Positions 39,595 to 50,066 of a DNA stretch of 64,000 nt are shown here, in pieces. The DNA is from a virus. Made by a program: the position numbers and the translations under genes. The notes beneath the pieces were generated by a model. It was not told where the DNA came from and did no database searches. It was given only the letters and a program-made list of their open reading frames with translations. The stretch is taken from IMG/VR virus record IMGVR_UViG_3300022848_000011, positions 1-64,000 of that record; one strand, given 5' to 3'. Within the stretch, counting starts at the first letter, position 1, and every line of letters begins with the position of its first letter.

Positions 39595-41903
39595 AACCAT
39601 TTCTCCAGTTGTTGCCATCCTGGGGAGCGTGATGTATAGTACTTTTTAACATAGTTATGAATTAAACTACTGTATTTCTTTGATTTTGGATCAATATAAC
39701 TAGAGAATTTTGGATTTTGGATCAATTGTTTGATTTTTGGGTCCAGTTCAATCATACTTGATTCATAAGATAATTTCTTTGATATTTCTTTTGCCTTCGT
39801 GTCAATTTCTTCTTCTGTAACTGAATGATTAGTTTGTTGTGCTATTTGTTGTAATGCATGTTTTGCTGCTAAAAAATATTTACCAGCAACTAATGTTTTT
39901 GCAGATATATCATTGTCAGAATGATCGTGTGTTACGGTACTTCTAATTTGATTCAAGAACTCTGGATTATTTGTTAATTTATCCCATCCTGCCTGAATCT
40001 GAGAATGAATCACGTCAATTCCGTGGGAAGTCTGTCCGTGTTGTCCATCTTTCCACATAGAAGGGTCGAAAGGTCTTGACTTTCTTCCCCATGTAATTCC
40101 CAATTCCTTTGCTTTATCTTCAAGACTTTTATCACCAGACAACAACTGTTCTAGATCTTCCATTGATTGTCCTTTGTGAATTCGGTTTTTCAATTGAAAA
40201 ACCATTCCTGCAAAGGTATATCCAGATTGGAAAGCAGATTTTCTCATTAATCTTCGAGCATTGTCCAATGCTGATTTTTGAACAGTACCTTTTTTATAAT
40301 CTTTATAGATTTGAATAAATGGCATAAAGGCTCTAGAACCTAATCGATTTCTAAAATAGGTTGTTGCATTTTTGACAATTTCATCTTGTTTAATTTGCAT
40401 GGTATGGTGTGCAACTTTTGAAGCAGTATACAACTTCTTGATGTATGCATCAACACCTCTGGTGATTTCGTCAGGAATTCCACCTGTGCTTCCAATTAAT
40501 TCTTTAGCATCTTTCCAAAATTCATTTGGGTTAATTTTAAGTTGTTGTAATGCGCCATGAACTGTTTCTTGCTGTTGCCAATTAATATTAATTGTTCCAA
40601 ACCCTGACCATCTTGTGTGAGGGTTGTTTAATTTAGGGTTAAAGTGATGTATGTTCCAATCTTCTACGTCATATCTTGGAGCACTTTTCAAGACAGTTTC
40701 ATATTCTTCTTTGTAACGATCCCTGATTGATTCTAGAATTTCAGAAAAGGTTTCGTCTGGTACATCTAGAGGATCATTATAACCTGTTTGTTTTGTGGTC
40801 TTTTTAATGATATCAATCAAAGAAAACTTAATTTTTAATTCCTTTAATTTTTCTTTATATTTTTTTCTTTGGACATGTTTTGGATCTTTCCCAATAACTG
40901 GCTTTTTGTTTGATGGATCGTCTAACCAAGAAGTAATTTGTTCTATTTCTTTGTTTAAGTTTGAAAGATTTACTGGATTAAGCATACTTCTATACTTTGA
41001 TATATCTTTATCAGAGATATCTACATCTAATTCATCATGAATATTTTTTGCTACGTTATGTTTTCGTATAGATTCACTAGGAATCATTTTAGCTGGTCTC
41101 AAGATGGGTAAATACTGTTTGATTTGAATCATTTCTCCTGAATCTGCCCAATAAGCATACCATATTCTTTTTCCATCTTTTGTTCTACCATACTTTTCAC
41201 CATGTCCAGGGAGTTTACCAAGACCTTCCTTTGTATGAACAACTTTATCAGAACCCTTACCACCACCTATTTTTAATTTTTCTATAACTTCACTGTCTTC
41301 TGGATGTTCACCCAACCATCCATCTTTTATACCTTGATACAAACTAGACAAACGATCTCGTGCCACTTTTTCGGTCATTCCAACCATTCCTTTACTTGCA
41401 CTTAAACCTTTTCCTCTTTTATTTCCGTCAAGTACATAACCTAATGACCCAAAGTTATTATTTTTAGCATGCTGAATGTATTTCTCTTTCTCTGTCGATT
41501 TCAGTTGAGAATACATGTGATCATCGACATCAGCAGTTACTTTATGAAGCAAGTGCTTTCCATAAGTTCTAACTTTTGGAAAAATTAACTCTCCAGATTT
41601 CCTACCATGCCTATATGGTAACTTGGGATTTGCATACTTAGGAATATTACCATTATTTTTTGATATTTCAAAAATATCATAAAGCAGCTTGTCATAACGA
41701 TAGACTAAAGCTTTTGCCCATAATTCTGGCGGGAATTGTTGTAAAAAATCAATATCATGTTGATCAATGAATATAGGAGTTTTTCTTTTCTCGTGAACTG
41801 TATGAATTTCATCTCCGTCACTATAATCAACAGCCGCCGCTGCCATTTCGTTAAGGTGATTAAAATCTAATGAATTGACGATGTTTTTGATGAAATTTCC
41901 CAT
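39591..41903 (-). CDS. Large basic hypothetical protein, possible head-internal protein
   Basis: About 770-aa ORF with HLNE-MA near the N-terminus and TATAAATA just upstream. Confidence 0.65.
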   Translation of the reverse strand: MGNFIKNIVNSLDFNHLNEMAAAAVDYSDGDEIHTVHEKRKTPIFIDQHDIDFLQQFPPELWAKALVYRYDKLLYDIFEISKNNGNIPKYANPKLPYRHGRKSGELIFPKVRTYGKHLLHKVTADVDDHMYSQLKSTEKEKYIQHAKNNNFGSLGYVLDGNKRGKGLSASKGMVGMTEKVARDRLSSLYQGIKDGWLGEHPEDSEVIEKLKIGGGKGSDKVVHTKEGLGKLPGHGEKYGRTKDGKRIWYAYWADSGEMIQIKQYLPILRPAKMIPSESIRKHNVAKNIHDELDVDISDKDISKYRSMLNPVNLSNLNKEIEQITSWLDDPSNKKPVIGKDPKHVQRKKYKEKLKELKIKFSLIDIIKKTTKQTGYNDPLDVPDETFSEILESIRDRYKEEYETVLKSAPRYDVEDWNIHHFNPKLNNPHTRWSGFGTININWQQQETVHGALQQLKINPNEFWKDAKELIGSTGGIPDEITRGVDAYIKKLYTASKVAHHTMQIKQDEIVKNATTYFRNRLGSRAFMPFIQIYKDYKKGTVQKSALDNARRLMRKSAFQSGYTFAGMVFQLKNRIHKGQSMEDLEQLLSGDKSLEDKAKELGITWGRKSRPFDPSMWKDGQHGQTSHGIDVIHSQIQAGWDKLTNNPEFLNQIRSTVTHDHSDNDISAKTLVAGKYFLAAKHALQQIAQQTNHSVTEEEIDTKAKEISKKLSYESSMIELDPKIKQLIQNPKFSSYIDPKSKKYSSLIHNYVKKYYTSRSPGWQQLEKWF

Positions 41904-41908
41904 AAACA

Positions 41909-41916
41909 TATTTATA
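41909..41916 (-). promoter_or_regulatory. T4-type late promoter-like TATAAATA
   Basis: Exact T4 late consensus 5 nt before ATG 41903. Chance matches are common in AT-rich DNA. Confidence 0.45.
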
Positions 41917-41918
41917 AT

Positions 41919-42278
41919 TCAAAATACATTTTCTATATCATCAATATTTAATTTATTGTTTTCGACTACTGTTTTTTTTACTTTACCATTCATTTCTTCT
42001 TTTACTTGTTGAATAATCTTTGCATCCATAGGATCATTAGGGTTTAGTGATTCTTCTTCAGAAATACTTACAATATTATCTAAATTAAACCAGGATTTAG
42101 TTTTCTTTGGAGAAAATACATTTTCTAGCAACAAGCCTTTTTCGTCAACAGATATGACTTTGCCCATGAAGTAATTATGAATTGTTTCTATAAATTTATC
42201 ACCATTCTCTTCTCGGTAATTTCGATTAATACCTAGCGTTGTTATTGTACAGATTTTATTTACAAATATATTTTTCAT
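41919..42278 (-). CDS. Hypothetical protein (Sm/SH3-like beta pattern)
   Basis: FMGKVISVDEKGLLLE...WFNLDNIVSISE. Confidence 0.55.
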   Translation of the reverse strand: MKNIFVNKICTITTLGINRNYREENGDKFIETIHNYFMGKVISVDEKGLLLENVFSPKKTKSWFNLDNIVSISEEESLNPNDPMDAKIIQQVKEEMNGKVKKTVVENNKLNIDDIENVF

Positions 42279-43294
42279 AGTAGATTTAATTGAATATCAA
42301 GGGGATCGAAGTTTTTTGTTTTAAGAACATATTCTCTTATCAACTTTGGATTAACTTTATTGATAATTGAATTCCAGTCTTTGTAACCTTTCGGCGGGTT
42401 TATATATTCAATTTTATTGAACCCTAAAGATTGCATTTTTTTACCATTTTCTATTAAGGCATCAACACCAGGACCATCGAAATCGAATGCTAAAACAGGA
42501 TCATAATCTTTTAGTATTTTGAGTTGACCTTCAGATAAGTATTTTCCTCCACTCGCACAAGCCCACACACCGCATCTAAAGAGACTTAACGCATCAAACT
42601 CCCCCTCAGTCACATACACCTTAGAACCCTTCTCAGGCCAATCCGGGAAGAATAAGACATCTTCTTTAGTAACACCGCTTTCTTCCCCAGCAGCTAAATA
42701 TTTTGGAGCTTTTTCATAAGAGCCAAAATATCTACCATTAAAAAAGATAAGTTTCTTATTTTTGTCATAATAAGGGATAATAATTCTATCCCGATAAAAC
42801 CCTGAAGTACAAACAAAGAAAAAACTTGCTGTAAAGCCTCTAGATTTCAGATATATGTCACATTTCCTTCGTATTGGACTAATAGTAGGTATATCACTAA
42901 CTAAACAAGTTCCAGGTGGCAATTTACATTCTTTAAACTCTTTTTGTACTTTTACTTCTTTTTCGACTTGTTGATCTTGATTTAATAATTCTTGAAATCT
43001 AATTTGGAGATCATCTATTGTAGCATCTCTACAACCTAAGGTTTGTAACGCTTCCCAATAATTACAGCCATCGACTTGCATTACTAAAGATATCAATGAC
43101 CCTCTTTTGTCGGTTTTCCAACAACGAAAGACACCATGTTCTACATTTTTCTTTCCACCACTAGGATTACACCACAAGTGTTGTTTAGAATCATCACAAA
43201 ACACTGAATTAATTTTTATTTCATCATTTTTAATCTTTACAGGATCGAACCTAGCGTTTGCCCATTCTAGGAATATTTCAAAAGGTATGCTCAT
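42275..43294 (-). CDS. DNA primase (DnaG/T4 gp61-like)
   Basis: RIIIPYYD...FFNGR, TOPRIM VYVTEGEFDA, AFDFDGPG and KDWN. Likely start at 43294. Confidence 0.9.
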   Translation of the reverse strand: MSIPFEIFLEWANARFDPVKIKNDEIKINSVFCDDSKQHLWCNPSGGKKNVEHGVFRCWKTDKRGSLISLVMQVDGCNYWEALQTLGCRDATIDDLQIRFQELLNQDQQVEKEVKVQKEFKECKLPPGTCLVSDIPTISPIRRKCDIYLKSRGFTASFFFVCTSGFYRDRIIIPYYDKNKKLIFFNGRYFGSYEKAPKYLAAGEESGVTKEDVLFFPDWPEKGSKVYVTEGEFDALSLFRCGVWACASGGKYLSEGQLKILKDYDPVLAFDFDGPGVDALIENGKKMQSLGFNKIEYINPPKGYKDWNSIINKVNPKLIREYVLKTKNFDPLDIQLNLL

Positions 43295-43373
43295 TTTTTT
43301 CTCTTTCAGATATTTTAAAGTAAAAGTCAAATCAAATCAAGATATTATTCGAGTTAAAGGACTTTAATAGGTC

Positions 43374-44198
43374 ATGAACATTAATCATCTATCTGTTTCT
43401 AGATATAATCTGTACAAAGAATGCGAGCAAAAATACAAATTCAAATATCATTTAAAGGTGCCTTCTCCAAAAGAAGAGCAATTTCATTTTACTTACGGAA
43501 AAGTGATTCACAAAGTAGCAGAAGAGTTTATCGAACTAAAAGGTGAAAAAAGTCTGCAAGATATTTTGCTCAGTATTTTAACTGGAGAAATGTCTTTAGA
43601 AAGATCTGATCAACCTGGGAAACGTATAAACTTGCCGAAAGATTTCCAAGTAAGGGTTCCAGACCACCTACGTTCTATTGAGAAACTTAATAAACAAGTA
43701 GGAGTAAGAGGAGAACTTGAATGGGAATTTAAATATGATTTAGATCCACCTAATGAGAAATTTGTATACGGTTTTATTGACAGAATTATTCAAGAAAAAG
43801 ATCATTTTTTTGTATTAGATTATAAAACAACAAAAAAGGGTGGTTGGAGAAAAAATATCAATACAGTAAAAGATGATATTCAATTAAAAACATACGCTCT
43901 TATGGTAAGGGAACATTATAACGTCCCTGCAAAGAATATTTATACAGCTTTGTATTATCTTGAAGGGGCTGATTTAATTGGTGCTAGATTTACAGAAGAT
44001 GATTTAGATAAAACTAAAGAAGAATTATTAAAAAGTTATAATAGCATACAAGATAAAAACCCAGATAAAGTCTGGGGTAACGTTGGCTTCCAATGTGAAA
44101 GATGTGATTATAAATCTTTATGTCCGTTTGTTGCTAACGGAAAAAATCGGATTTCCATTGGGGCAAAGGCGTATGAACTTCCTGAGGGATGGGTATAA
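43374..44198 (+). CDS. RecB/Cas4-like PD-(D/E)XK exonuclease with probable Fe-S cysteines
   Basis: LSVSRY..CEQKY, GFIDRI, VLDYKT, QLKTYA and CERCDYKSLC. Confidence 0.88.
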   Translation: MNINHLSVSRYNLYKECEQKYKFKYHLKVPSPKEEQFHFTYGKVIHKVAEEFIELKGEKSLQDILLSILTGEMSLERSDQPGKRINLPKDFQVRVPDHLRSIEKLNKQVGVRGELEWEFKYDLDPPNEKFVYGFIDRIIQEKDHFFVLDYKTTKKGGWRKNINTVKDDIQLKTYALMVREHYNVPAKNIYTALYYLEGADLIGARFTEDDLDKTKEELLKSYNSIQDKNPDKVWGNVGFQCERCDYKSLCPFVANGKNRISIGAKAYELPEGWV

Positions 44199-45093
44199 AT
44201 TCAGGGGGATATGTCTTATTTGGGGTTGCCCTGTCTAATATTTTTATATCTCTAGCCAAGTGGTTATTTATTTCAAGTAAATAATTAAATTTGTTTTCTT
44301 TGAACTTACTGTAAATTGCAGATAATGGAGTAAAATAACCAATACCAGATCCACTTTTGGTGTCAGAAGTACCCCAACATACACCTATGTAAATATTATC
44401 ATTAGTAATCATACCACCACCAGAACGTCCAGGACGTGGACTATTACGCCTAAAAATAGCATCAACACCACGATATTCTACAAACTCCATTTCATATCTA
44501 GCTACTTCTCTTCCGCCATCACAACCAACACTATTATATAAATTTCCTTTGTTTATAATATAGTCTTCTTTTGCAATAGGAAAATACCTAGGAACCCAAT
44601 CTGGTTTAAAGCTTAATAAGCTTACGTCAAAACCTCTATCATTACTCCAAAATAAAACATCAGCATCATATTTTTTAGGACTGCTTAATTTTTTATTGTT
44701 TTGATACCAAAATATTAATTGAGCTTTTTGAGGATTTTTTTGCAATTCCACGGCTGTTTTATTACCTGCCCATAGATGACCACAAGAAATAACGTATGCC
44801 GTATTATTTTTTGAGTTATAATAACAAATTGTCCCAGAACCTGATCCTTTTTGGACTTGAACTTTAGGAGAAGCAGATAAAAATTTCCAGTATTCACTTT
44901 CTCTTTGTTCTTTTGGGGCTGATTGAAAAAATGATAATTGTGGAGTAGAGTTTTCAACAATCGGCATGTCGATTGTTCCCTTGTCGGCAATTTTACCAAC
45001 AATAGGATCACTACTCCATTGTTTATGGTACTTGAAAACTATCAAGAAGATAATGCTTAATATTAAGACTATGAGCGTTTTGTTTTCTTTCAT
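44134..45093 (-). CDS. Membrane-anchored trypsin-like serine protease
   Basis: N-terminal TM helix. Triad motifs GSGTI, SCGH (His), DVSLL (Asp) and PGRSGGG (Ser). Confidence 0.88.
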   Translation of the reverse strand: MKENKTLIVLILSIIFLIVFKYHKQWSSDPIVGKIADKGTIDMPIVENSTPQLSFFQSAPKEQRESEYWKFLSASPKVQVQKGSGSGTICYYNSKNNTAYVISCGHLWAGNKTAVELQKNPQKAQLIFWYQNNKKLSSPKKYDADVLFWSNDRGFDVSLLSFKPDWVPRYFPIAKEDYIINKGNLYNSVGCDGGREVARYEMEFVEYRGVDAIFRRNSPRPGRSGGGMITNDNIYIGVCWGTSDTKSGSGIGYFTPLSAIYSKFKENKFNYLLEINNHLARDIKILDRATPNKTYPPEFIPIPQEVHTPLPQWKSDFFR

Positions 45094-45131
45094 GATAATT
45101 ATTTAAAGAGTAATTACACTATAATAGAGAT

Positions 45132-45686
45132 ATGAAATTATCAAATATAAAACCAGATACGATTCTTTTTTGTTCTCATACAATATTCTTAGATAAAAAA
45201 GAACGAAAAATTTTATCTAACGGAAATGATTTAATAGCTGAAGGTGTTTATTCTTTTGTATGGTATATTTATAATATGGAATCTAAAATATTTCTATGCA
45301 CTGAGCCAATTGAAGAATCATTTGTTACATATGAAATAATAGCAACCAAACCAGAACCAGACATTATACTAAATAAACAAAAGAATGGTTTCAAATTAAT
45401 TCTCCCGCAATTACCCTCAGACTATAAGATCCCCCAACCAATTTCTATAGAATTATTGACACAATTAACATTTGAAGACAAATTATTGTATGAAAAAAAG
45501 AGAAGAAAATGGTTTGTCGAAAACCCAATTCCTCCAAATATAGAAATGCTAAAAGACAAGAAAAAATATCCAGGAAAATTAAATTTTCAAATGAAAAAAA
45601 GATTTGTAATAAATAATAAAAATATAGACAACATCAACTTTATTGACATCAAATCCAAGGAATCACTAGTAAAAAGTTTTATTTAA
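45132..45686 (+). CDS. Hypothetical protein
   Basis: 184-aa ORF with TATAAT at 45120-45125 just before the ATG. Confidence 0.6.
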   Translation: MKLSNIKPDTILFCSHTIFLDKKERKILSNGNDLIAEGVYSFVWYIYNMESKIFLCTEPIEESFVTYEIIATKPEPDIILNKQKNGFKLILPQLPSDYKIPQPISIELLTQLTFEDKLLYEKKRRKWFVENPIPPNIEMLKDKKKYPGKLNFQMKKRFVINNKNIDNINFIDIKSKESLVKSFI

Positions 45687-46180
45687 CTTGTACTATCTCT
45701 TAATGATAAACCTAATTGTAGACTGATAAATTCTGAATTAGCAACAATAGTTGAATTAGGAAGCCTTACAGATGAAATCAATAATCCCTCTGAAGAAGGA
45801 GATGTTGATAGAAAGAAATTGGTGACAGGACCCCAAGACCCACCATCAGACCTAAATGTAATAATTGGTGAATTGATCTGAAAAGTCCCATTTTGCTCTT
45901 CAATTGTTTCAAAAGAACTACTCGTTACGAATTGTCTTTGATAACCGTTTATACTAGGCTCAGATTGTATTGTTGATAACGTATCATCTGCACTTAATGA
46001 CGATCTAGCATCTAATCCAAAATAATAATTCAATGGTCTTGTTTGTAAACCAAAACATACTTCAAGCATAAACTTCTCTCCTTCATCATGCAATATGTTT
46101 TTTAAGTTTTTATAACTATACAAAAGTTCATTTTCTCTATAATGATTTAATTCTTTAATTGTTACTAGACCGCTCCACAT
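45683..46180 (-). CDS. Putative virion structural protein
   Basis: NILHDEGEKFML...YFGLD...EPSINGYQRQ...WGPVTNFF resembles phage tail-associated small beta proteins. GAGGA RBS. Confidence 0.55.
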   Translation of the reverse strand: MWSGLVTIKELNHYRENELLYSYKNLKNILHDEGEKFMLEVCFGLQTRPLNYYFGLDARSSLSADDTLSTIQSEPSINGYQRQFVTSSSFETIEEQNGTFQINSPIITFRSDGGSWGPVTNFFLSTSPSSEGLLISSVRLPNSTIVANSEFISLQLGLSLRDSTS

Positions 46181-46283
46181 TAGTTTATCCTCAAAATAAT
46201 TTCTACTTACTTAAAGTAGTTAGATTTATTAAATTATGATAATGTAAAGACTAAATAAAATAATTACTCTGTTTGGTATCACA

Positions 46284-47003
46284 ATGACCAAAAAGCTTCC
46301 AAAGATCATAGGTGCTTTATTTTTATTTGCAATGTTTACATTGTTTTTATCTTTAGAAACACAAAAGAAATATTCTGTTGAAAAATATAGAAATACATAT
46401 ACTAATCAATATGTTTCAAAAACAGGTGTAATTAATCCTGTAGGAACCCAATCATCAATAGAGTACAAAAATAGAGTTCCAAACTATACAGGAATTCAAT
46501 GTGTTTATTCATCTATCGAGACTTTAGGAAGACATGCTGGAGAAATAAAACTAATTGATCCACCAATTACTTCTAGAAGTAATTGTAAATCCTATTCAGA
46601 TCCTTATAGAGCAGGTAAAATTTTAACAGATCTTGGAGTTAAGTTTAAACAAGAATATAATGATAGATCTTTATCTTTGGATTTATTGAAAAAATCCTTA
46701 TCAGAAGGAAGAGGGTGTACTTTTTCTATACCAGGACACGTTATGGTAGCAGTACATTACTCAGAAGAAGAAGATAGATTTTGCTGGATAGATAATAGTG
46801 ATAGATCACTAAAAGTTCAACAAACTAGTATTGCAAACTTTCACAAAATGTGGAATGGTTGGGTTTTAGTAATATACACTGATAATGATCTTTTTCATTT
46901 CAGAGAAAGAATCAAGAATATACCTATTATTGATAGATTAAACCTCAATTATGAGATACCCAAAGACTATGTTCCATTTCCAAAAAATAATGATTATAAT
47001 TAG
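46284..47003 (+). CDS. Membrane-anchored papain-like (C39-like) cysteine peptidase
   Basis: N-terminal TM helix. QCVYSSIE (Cys), GHVMVAVHY (His) and WIDNSD. Confidence 0.7.
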   Translation: MTKKLPKIIGALFLFAMFTLFLSLETQKKYSVEKYRNTYTNQYVSKTGVINPVGTQSSIEYKNRVPNYTGIQCVYSSIETLGRHAGEIKLIDPPITSRSNCKSYSDPYRAGKILTDLGVKFKQEYNDRSLSLDLLKKSLSEGRGCTFSIPGHVMVAVHYSEEEDRFCWIDNSDRSLKVQQTSIANFHKMWNGWVLVIYTDNDLFHFRERIKNIPIIDRLNLNYEIPKDYVPFPKNNDYN

Positions 47004-47370
47004 TATTTTATTTTTATTATTACTTAATGCTAGTTGTGAACCAGCAATCGTATCTCCAATTGTGAATGGCTACATTACATGGCAAAATGGTGAAGCCCAT
47101 AAATACTACGAAAATAATGATGTTATTATAATAAATGCAACTAAAAGAGCGTGTTTAGATTTAGGGTTAAAAATTAAGAAAAATATTAGAAGTCGCTATT
47201 ATTATAATATAATAGCGACTTCTAAAAATGACTTTAATATCAAGATAAAAAAAATCAATAAAAATATATCTAAAGTTTCTATAAGGATAGACTTTATGGG
47301 AGATAAACCATTTAGTGAATTTATTTATAAAAAAATAGACGAAGAAATACCTAGAATAGTTTACTATTAA
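46990..47370 (+). CDS. Lipoprotein, DUF3568-like
   Basis: Signal peptide and lipobox LLNAS-C. Pattern GEAHKYY...ATKRACLDLGL...VSIRIDFMGD. Confidence 0.6.
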   Translation: MIIISILFLLLLNASCEPAIVSPIVNGYITWQNGEAHKYYENNDVIIINATKRACLDLGLKIKKNIRSRYYYNIIATSKNDFNIKIKKINKNISKVSIRIDFMGDKPFSEFIYKKIDEEIPRIVYY

Positions 47371-48743
47371 GCGATCTTATTCCTAATAATTTTATCTTCT
47401 TCTATATTCCAATAGTTTTTATCTCCCAAAAGATCCTTTCTATTAATATAATCTATACAAAATTTACTACTTTGAATTATAGACATAAAATCACTTTTTT
47501 CTATATCGATTAATTCATTGTTAGAATTAAAATAGTATGCATCGTCACTAGGAACATCTAATTTATAATTTGCTAAATCATTACTTAAAGAAGAAATATC
47601 ACCACTATCAATATAACTAGAAAGTTTAATCTCTCTTCCGTTATCTACTACAATAGATTTTAAATCACCTTCTTCTTTTATTTTTAATTTAGTATCATCC
47701 AACTGATCAATCACCTGATCTAAAGTTAATTTGTTGAATATTTTTACTTTAGGTCTAACAATCTTCCAATCAAGAAAAACTTTATGTAAAATATCGTGTT
47801 TTTCTTGATTGTCTTGTATTTGTCTTAACATAGTTTTTGCGACAGATCCAAGAAACAAAATTTGTCTTGGAGCTTTAGTAGCAGCAGAAACTAAATCGAA
47901 ATATGCTTCATCAATTGTTTTCAATAAAATTTCTTCTTTGTTTATTTTGTTTTTAGACCTTAACTCGAACAATAAAATAAAATACTCATACCAAGCACTT
48001 AAAAACACTCTTCCGAAACTATGACATTCAGCAATCAATTGATTGTTTTTTCCTTCTTTGGGTAATAAAAGAGGGTCTTTATATTTAAACTTGACAGTTG
48101 CATCTCTTAACGAATGAGACAAAGATCCGTTTTGTCCATTTGACATTTTATGAAGAAGAATGCCGAACTCTTCAGCTAAACTAGAAGCAATATTTTTGTT
48201 CCTAATATTATCTTTTGTTTGTTTTATAAATAATTCTCTAGTTGCTTCGTATTGCAGAATCGAGAAAATAGCATATGCATCAGCAAATGTTTCATGAAAT
48301 GACCATACTTCTAAACTCACAGTATTCCACAAGTCGGGTCTTATAGCATCTAATAATGCATGACCTAATTCATGAGCAACAATGTCTTGAGAGTCACTTG
48401 TATATAAGATTGGTTGATTCTTACTTTTACCAACAAAGAAAGAAAGCGATCTTCTATCATAATACGCATTATAATTATATCCTGCATTGGGATGAATCAT
48501 GAGTCTTCTAGTTCCTGCCCAGCTTTTTACAAAAACATTAGACATACCAAGAAATTTATTTATCCCGTTTGACAAAGTTACTTGTATATTATTTTTCCTA
48601 TATAAATTATTTTCATTCAATTGATTTATAAATATTTTATAAGCAAGTCTACCAGTTATCTCACGAGGCAGGTCCACTTCTTGTGTTAAGTCAGGTGTAG
48701 ATGGGTCATTTATCAAATAATTATGTTTATTTTCCATTTTCAT
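47367..48743 (-). CDS. Zinc metalloprotease (M4/M36 gluzincin-like)
   Basis: NAYYD, DIVAHELGHALLD (HExxH), FHETFAD (third ligand), LRD and ECHSFG. Confidence 0.88.
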   Translation of the reverse strand: MKMENKHNYLINDPSTPDLTQEVDLPREITGRLAYKIFINQLNENNLYRKNNIQVTLSNGINKFLGMSNVFVKSWAGTRRLMIHPNAGYNYNAYYDRRSLSFFVGKSKNQPILYTSDSQDIVAHELGHALLDAIRPDLWNTVSLEVWSFHETFADAYAIFSILQYEATRELFIKQTKDNIRNKNIASSLAEEFGILLHKMSNGQNGSLSHSLRDATVKFKYKDPLLLPKEGKNNQLIAECHSFGRVFLSAWYEYFILLFELRSKNKINKEEILLKTIDEAYFDLVSAATKAPRQILFLGSVAKTMLRQIQDNQEKHDILHKVFLDWKIVRPKVKIFNKLTLDQVIDQLDDTKLKIKEEGDLKSIVVDNGREIKLSSYIDSGDISSLSNDLANYKLDVPSDDAYYFNSNNELIDIEKSDFMSIIQSSKFCIDYINRKDLLGDKNYWNIEEDKIIRNKIA

Positions 48744-48767
48744 TCTCCTTAATTAAAAAAACCTAAT

Positions 48768-48775
48768 TATTTATA
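48768..48775 (-). promoter_or_regulatory. T4-type late promoter-like TATAAATA
   Basis: Intergenic, upstream of the AGGAG RBS of the metalloprotease gene. Confidence 0.45.
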
Positions 48776-48786
48776 CATGGTGTTAC

Positions 48787-49392
48787 ATGGTTTCCTTCGA
48801 AGATAAATTTAATAGACTAAAAGAACAACGAGTTATAGAGGCTAATAATAAAAAATTAATTGGAAACAAAGGCAAAATAAGGTTTATTTTGAATTTATTT
48901 GGAGAAGAGATTTACGATCAAGGAGAAATTGATTTTAACCACAATACCGTTTATTCTAACCCTAATAATTTATTAGAAAGTATGCCTATGTTCGATATGT
49001 ACGAATCTGGGACTAGTGTTAATGATAACAAAAGGTTTGAAGGAGATGTTTGGAAAAATTTTAATCCAAATTTTATACAAGGTCATACTAATATAGTTGG
49101 ACTATACTTTGATGGGTTATCTATGGGAATGCATATAGAATTACAATATTATTCAATTGAAGAAAAACTAGAAGTTACTTGGCAAGGAAGAATTGTATTA
49201 CAGGAAATTTCTGGGGATTTAATTCGATTCACGCCTGCCAAAGATTGGGAAGAAGCAATTGATAAACTTCATCTATTAGCAACAAAGAAAAAGAAGATAA
49301 CTACTAAGACAGACAAACAAAAAAATGCGACCTTACAAGAAGGTCGCAAAAAGAAGATCCTAGATCATATAAAAGATTTTTGGGGTGTTTGA
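48787..49392 (+). CDS. Hypothetical protein
   Basis: 201-aa ORF. Confidence 0.65.
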   Translation: MVSFEDKFNRLKEQRVIEANNKKLIGNKGKIRFILNLFGEEIYDQGEIDFNHNTVYSNPNNLLESMPMFDMYESGTSVNDNKRFEGDVWKNFNPNFIQGHTNIVGLYFDGLSMGMHIELQYYSIEEKLEVTWQGRIVLQEISGDLIRFTPAKDWEEAIDKLHLLATKKKKITTKTDKQKNATLQEGRKKKILDHIKDFWGV

Positions 49393-50010
49393 TTACATGA
49401 CAAATAATACATAAATAATTCCTGCAACAATAGCAGCCATCACTCCGTACAATAACCAATCCACCCAATCATTATTAGCAGAATTGCCATCATATTTTTC
49501 TTCAAGAGTACTTTGAACAGAAACCTTTTCTTTCGGTGCTGTTAAAGGACCAACTCGATTAAGATACTCATCAAAAGCATCCCGAATATCTTGTCTGACA
49601 TCATCACGAGAAACACATTCTGAATTACGTACAACATCTTGTGATGTTATGGTTTTTTGTGAATTAAGTGCTTGACGAGAAACAAGATGTTCTACAACCG
49701 TTAGAGGAGCACTTGGATCTGCTGATTCCTTGACCCTGTCAATGACTTCACCAGTAGCTTCATCAATGTATTCTGTTTCTCTTTCATATACACAAGGACG
49801 GCGTTTCTCAACTACTCTTTGTGCTAAATTTTTCTGAATTGGCGGTTCAACATAAACCTCAGTTATAGTTTCACCGTCACATTCGGTACCTTCATCAAAA
49901 ACATGTCTTTCTGCTCTACGACCATCTTCGTAAAGAAATTGTCTTTTATCTTTGCTCATTCTATTCCTCTTTTTTACTATTGGATCTTCTTTTATATGAT
50001 GCTTAGTCAT
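49393..50010 (-). CDS. Hypothetical protein with C-terminal TM anchor
   Basis: Ends in WLLYGVMAAIVAGIIYVLFVM. Confidence 0.7.
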   Translation of the reverse strand: MTKHHIKEDPIVKKRNRMSKDKRQFLYEDGRRAERHVFDEGTECDGETITEVYVEPPIQKNLAQRVVEKRRPCVYERETEYIDEATGEVIDRVKESADPSAPLTVVEHLVSRQALNSQKTITSQDVVRNSECVSRDDVRQDIRDAFDEYLNRVGPLTAPKEKVSVQSTLEEKYDGNSANNDWVDWLLYGVMAAIVAGIIYVLFVM

Positions 50011-50066
50011 ATTAAAATAGTTGTTAAAATTCTAAAAACATCAATTAATATAATTATTTTTCTAAA

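Noticed and set aside
43374-44198. Cas4-like gene as part of a CRISPR-Cas locus
   Set aside because: No cas1/cas2 or array nearby. Stand-alone Cas4/RecB-like nucleases are common in phages.
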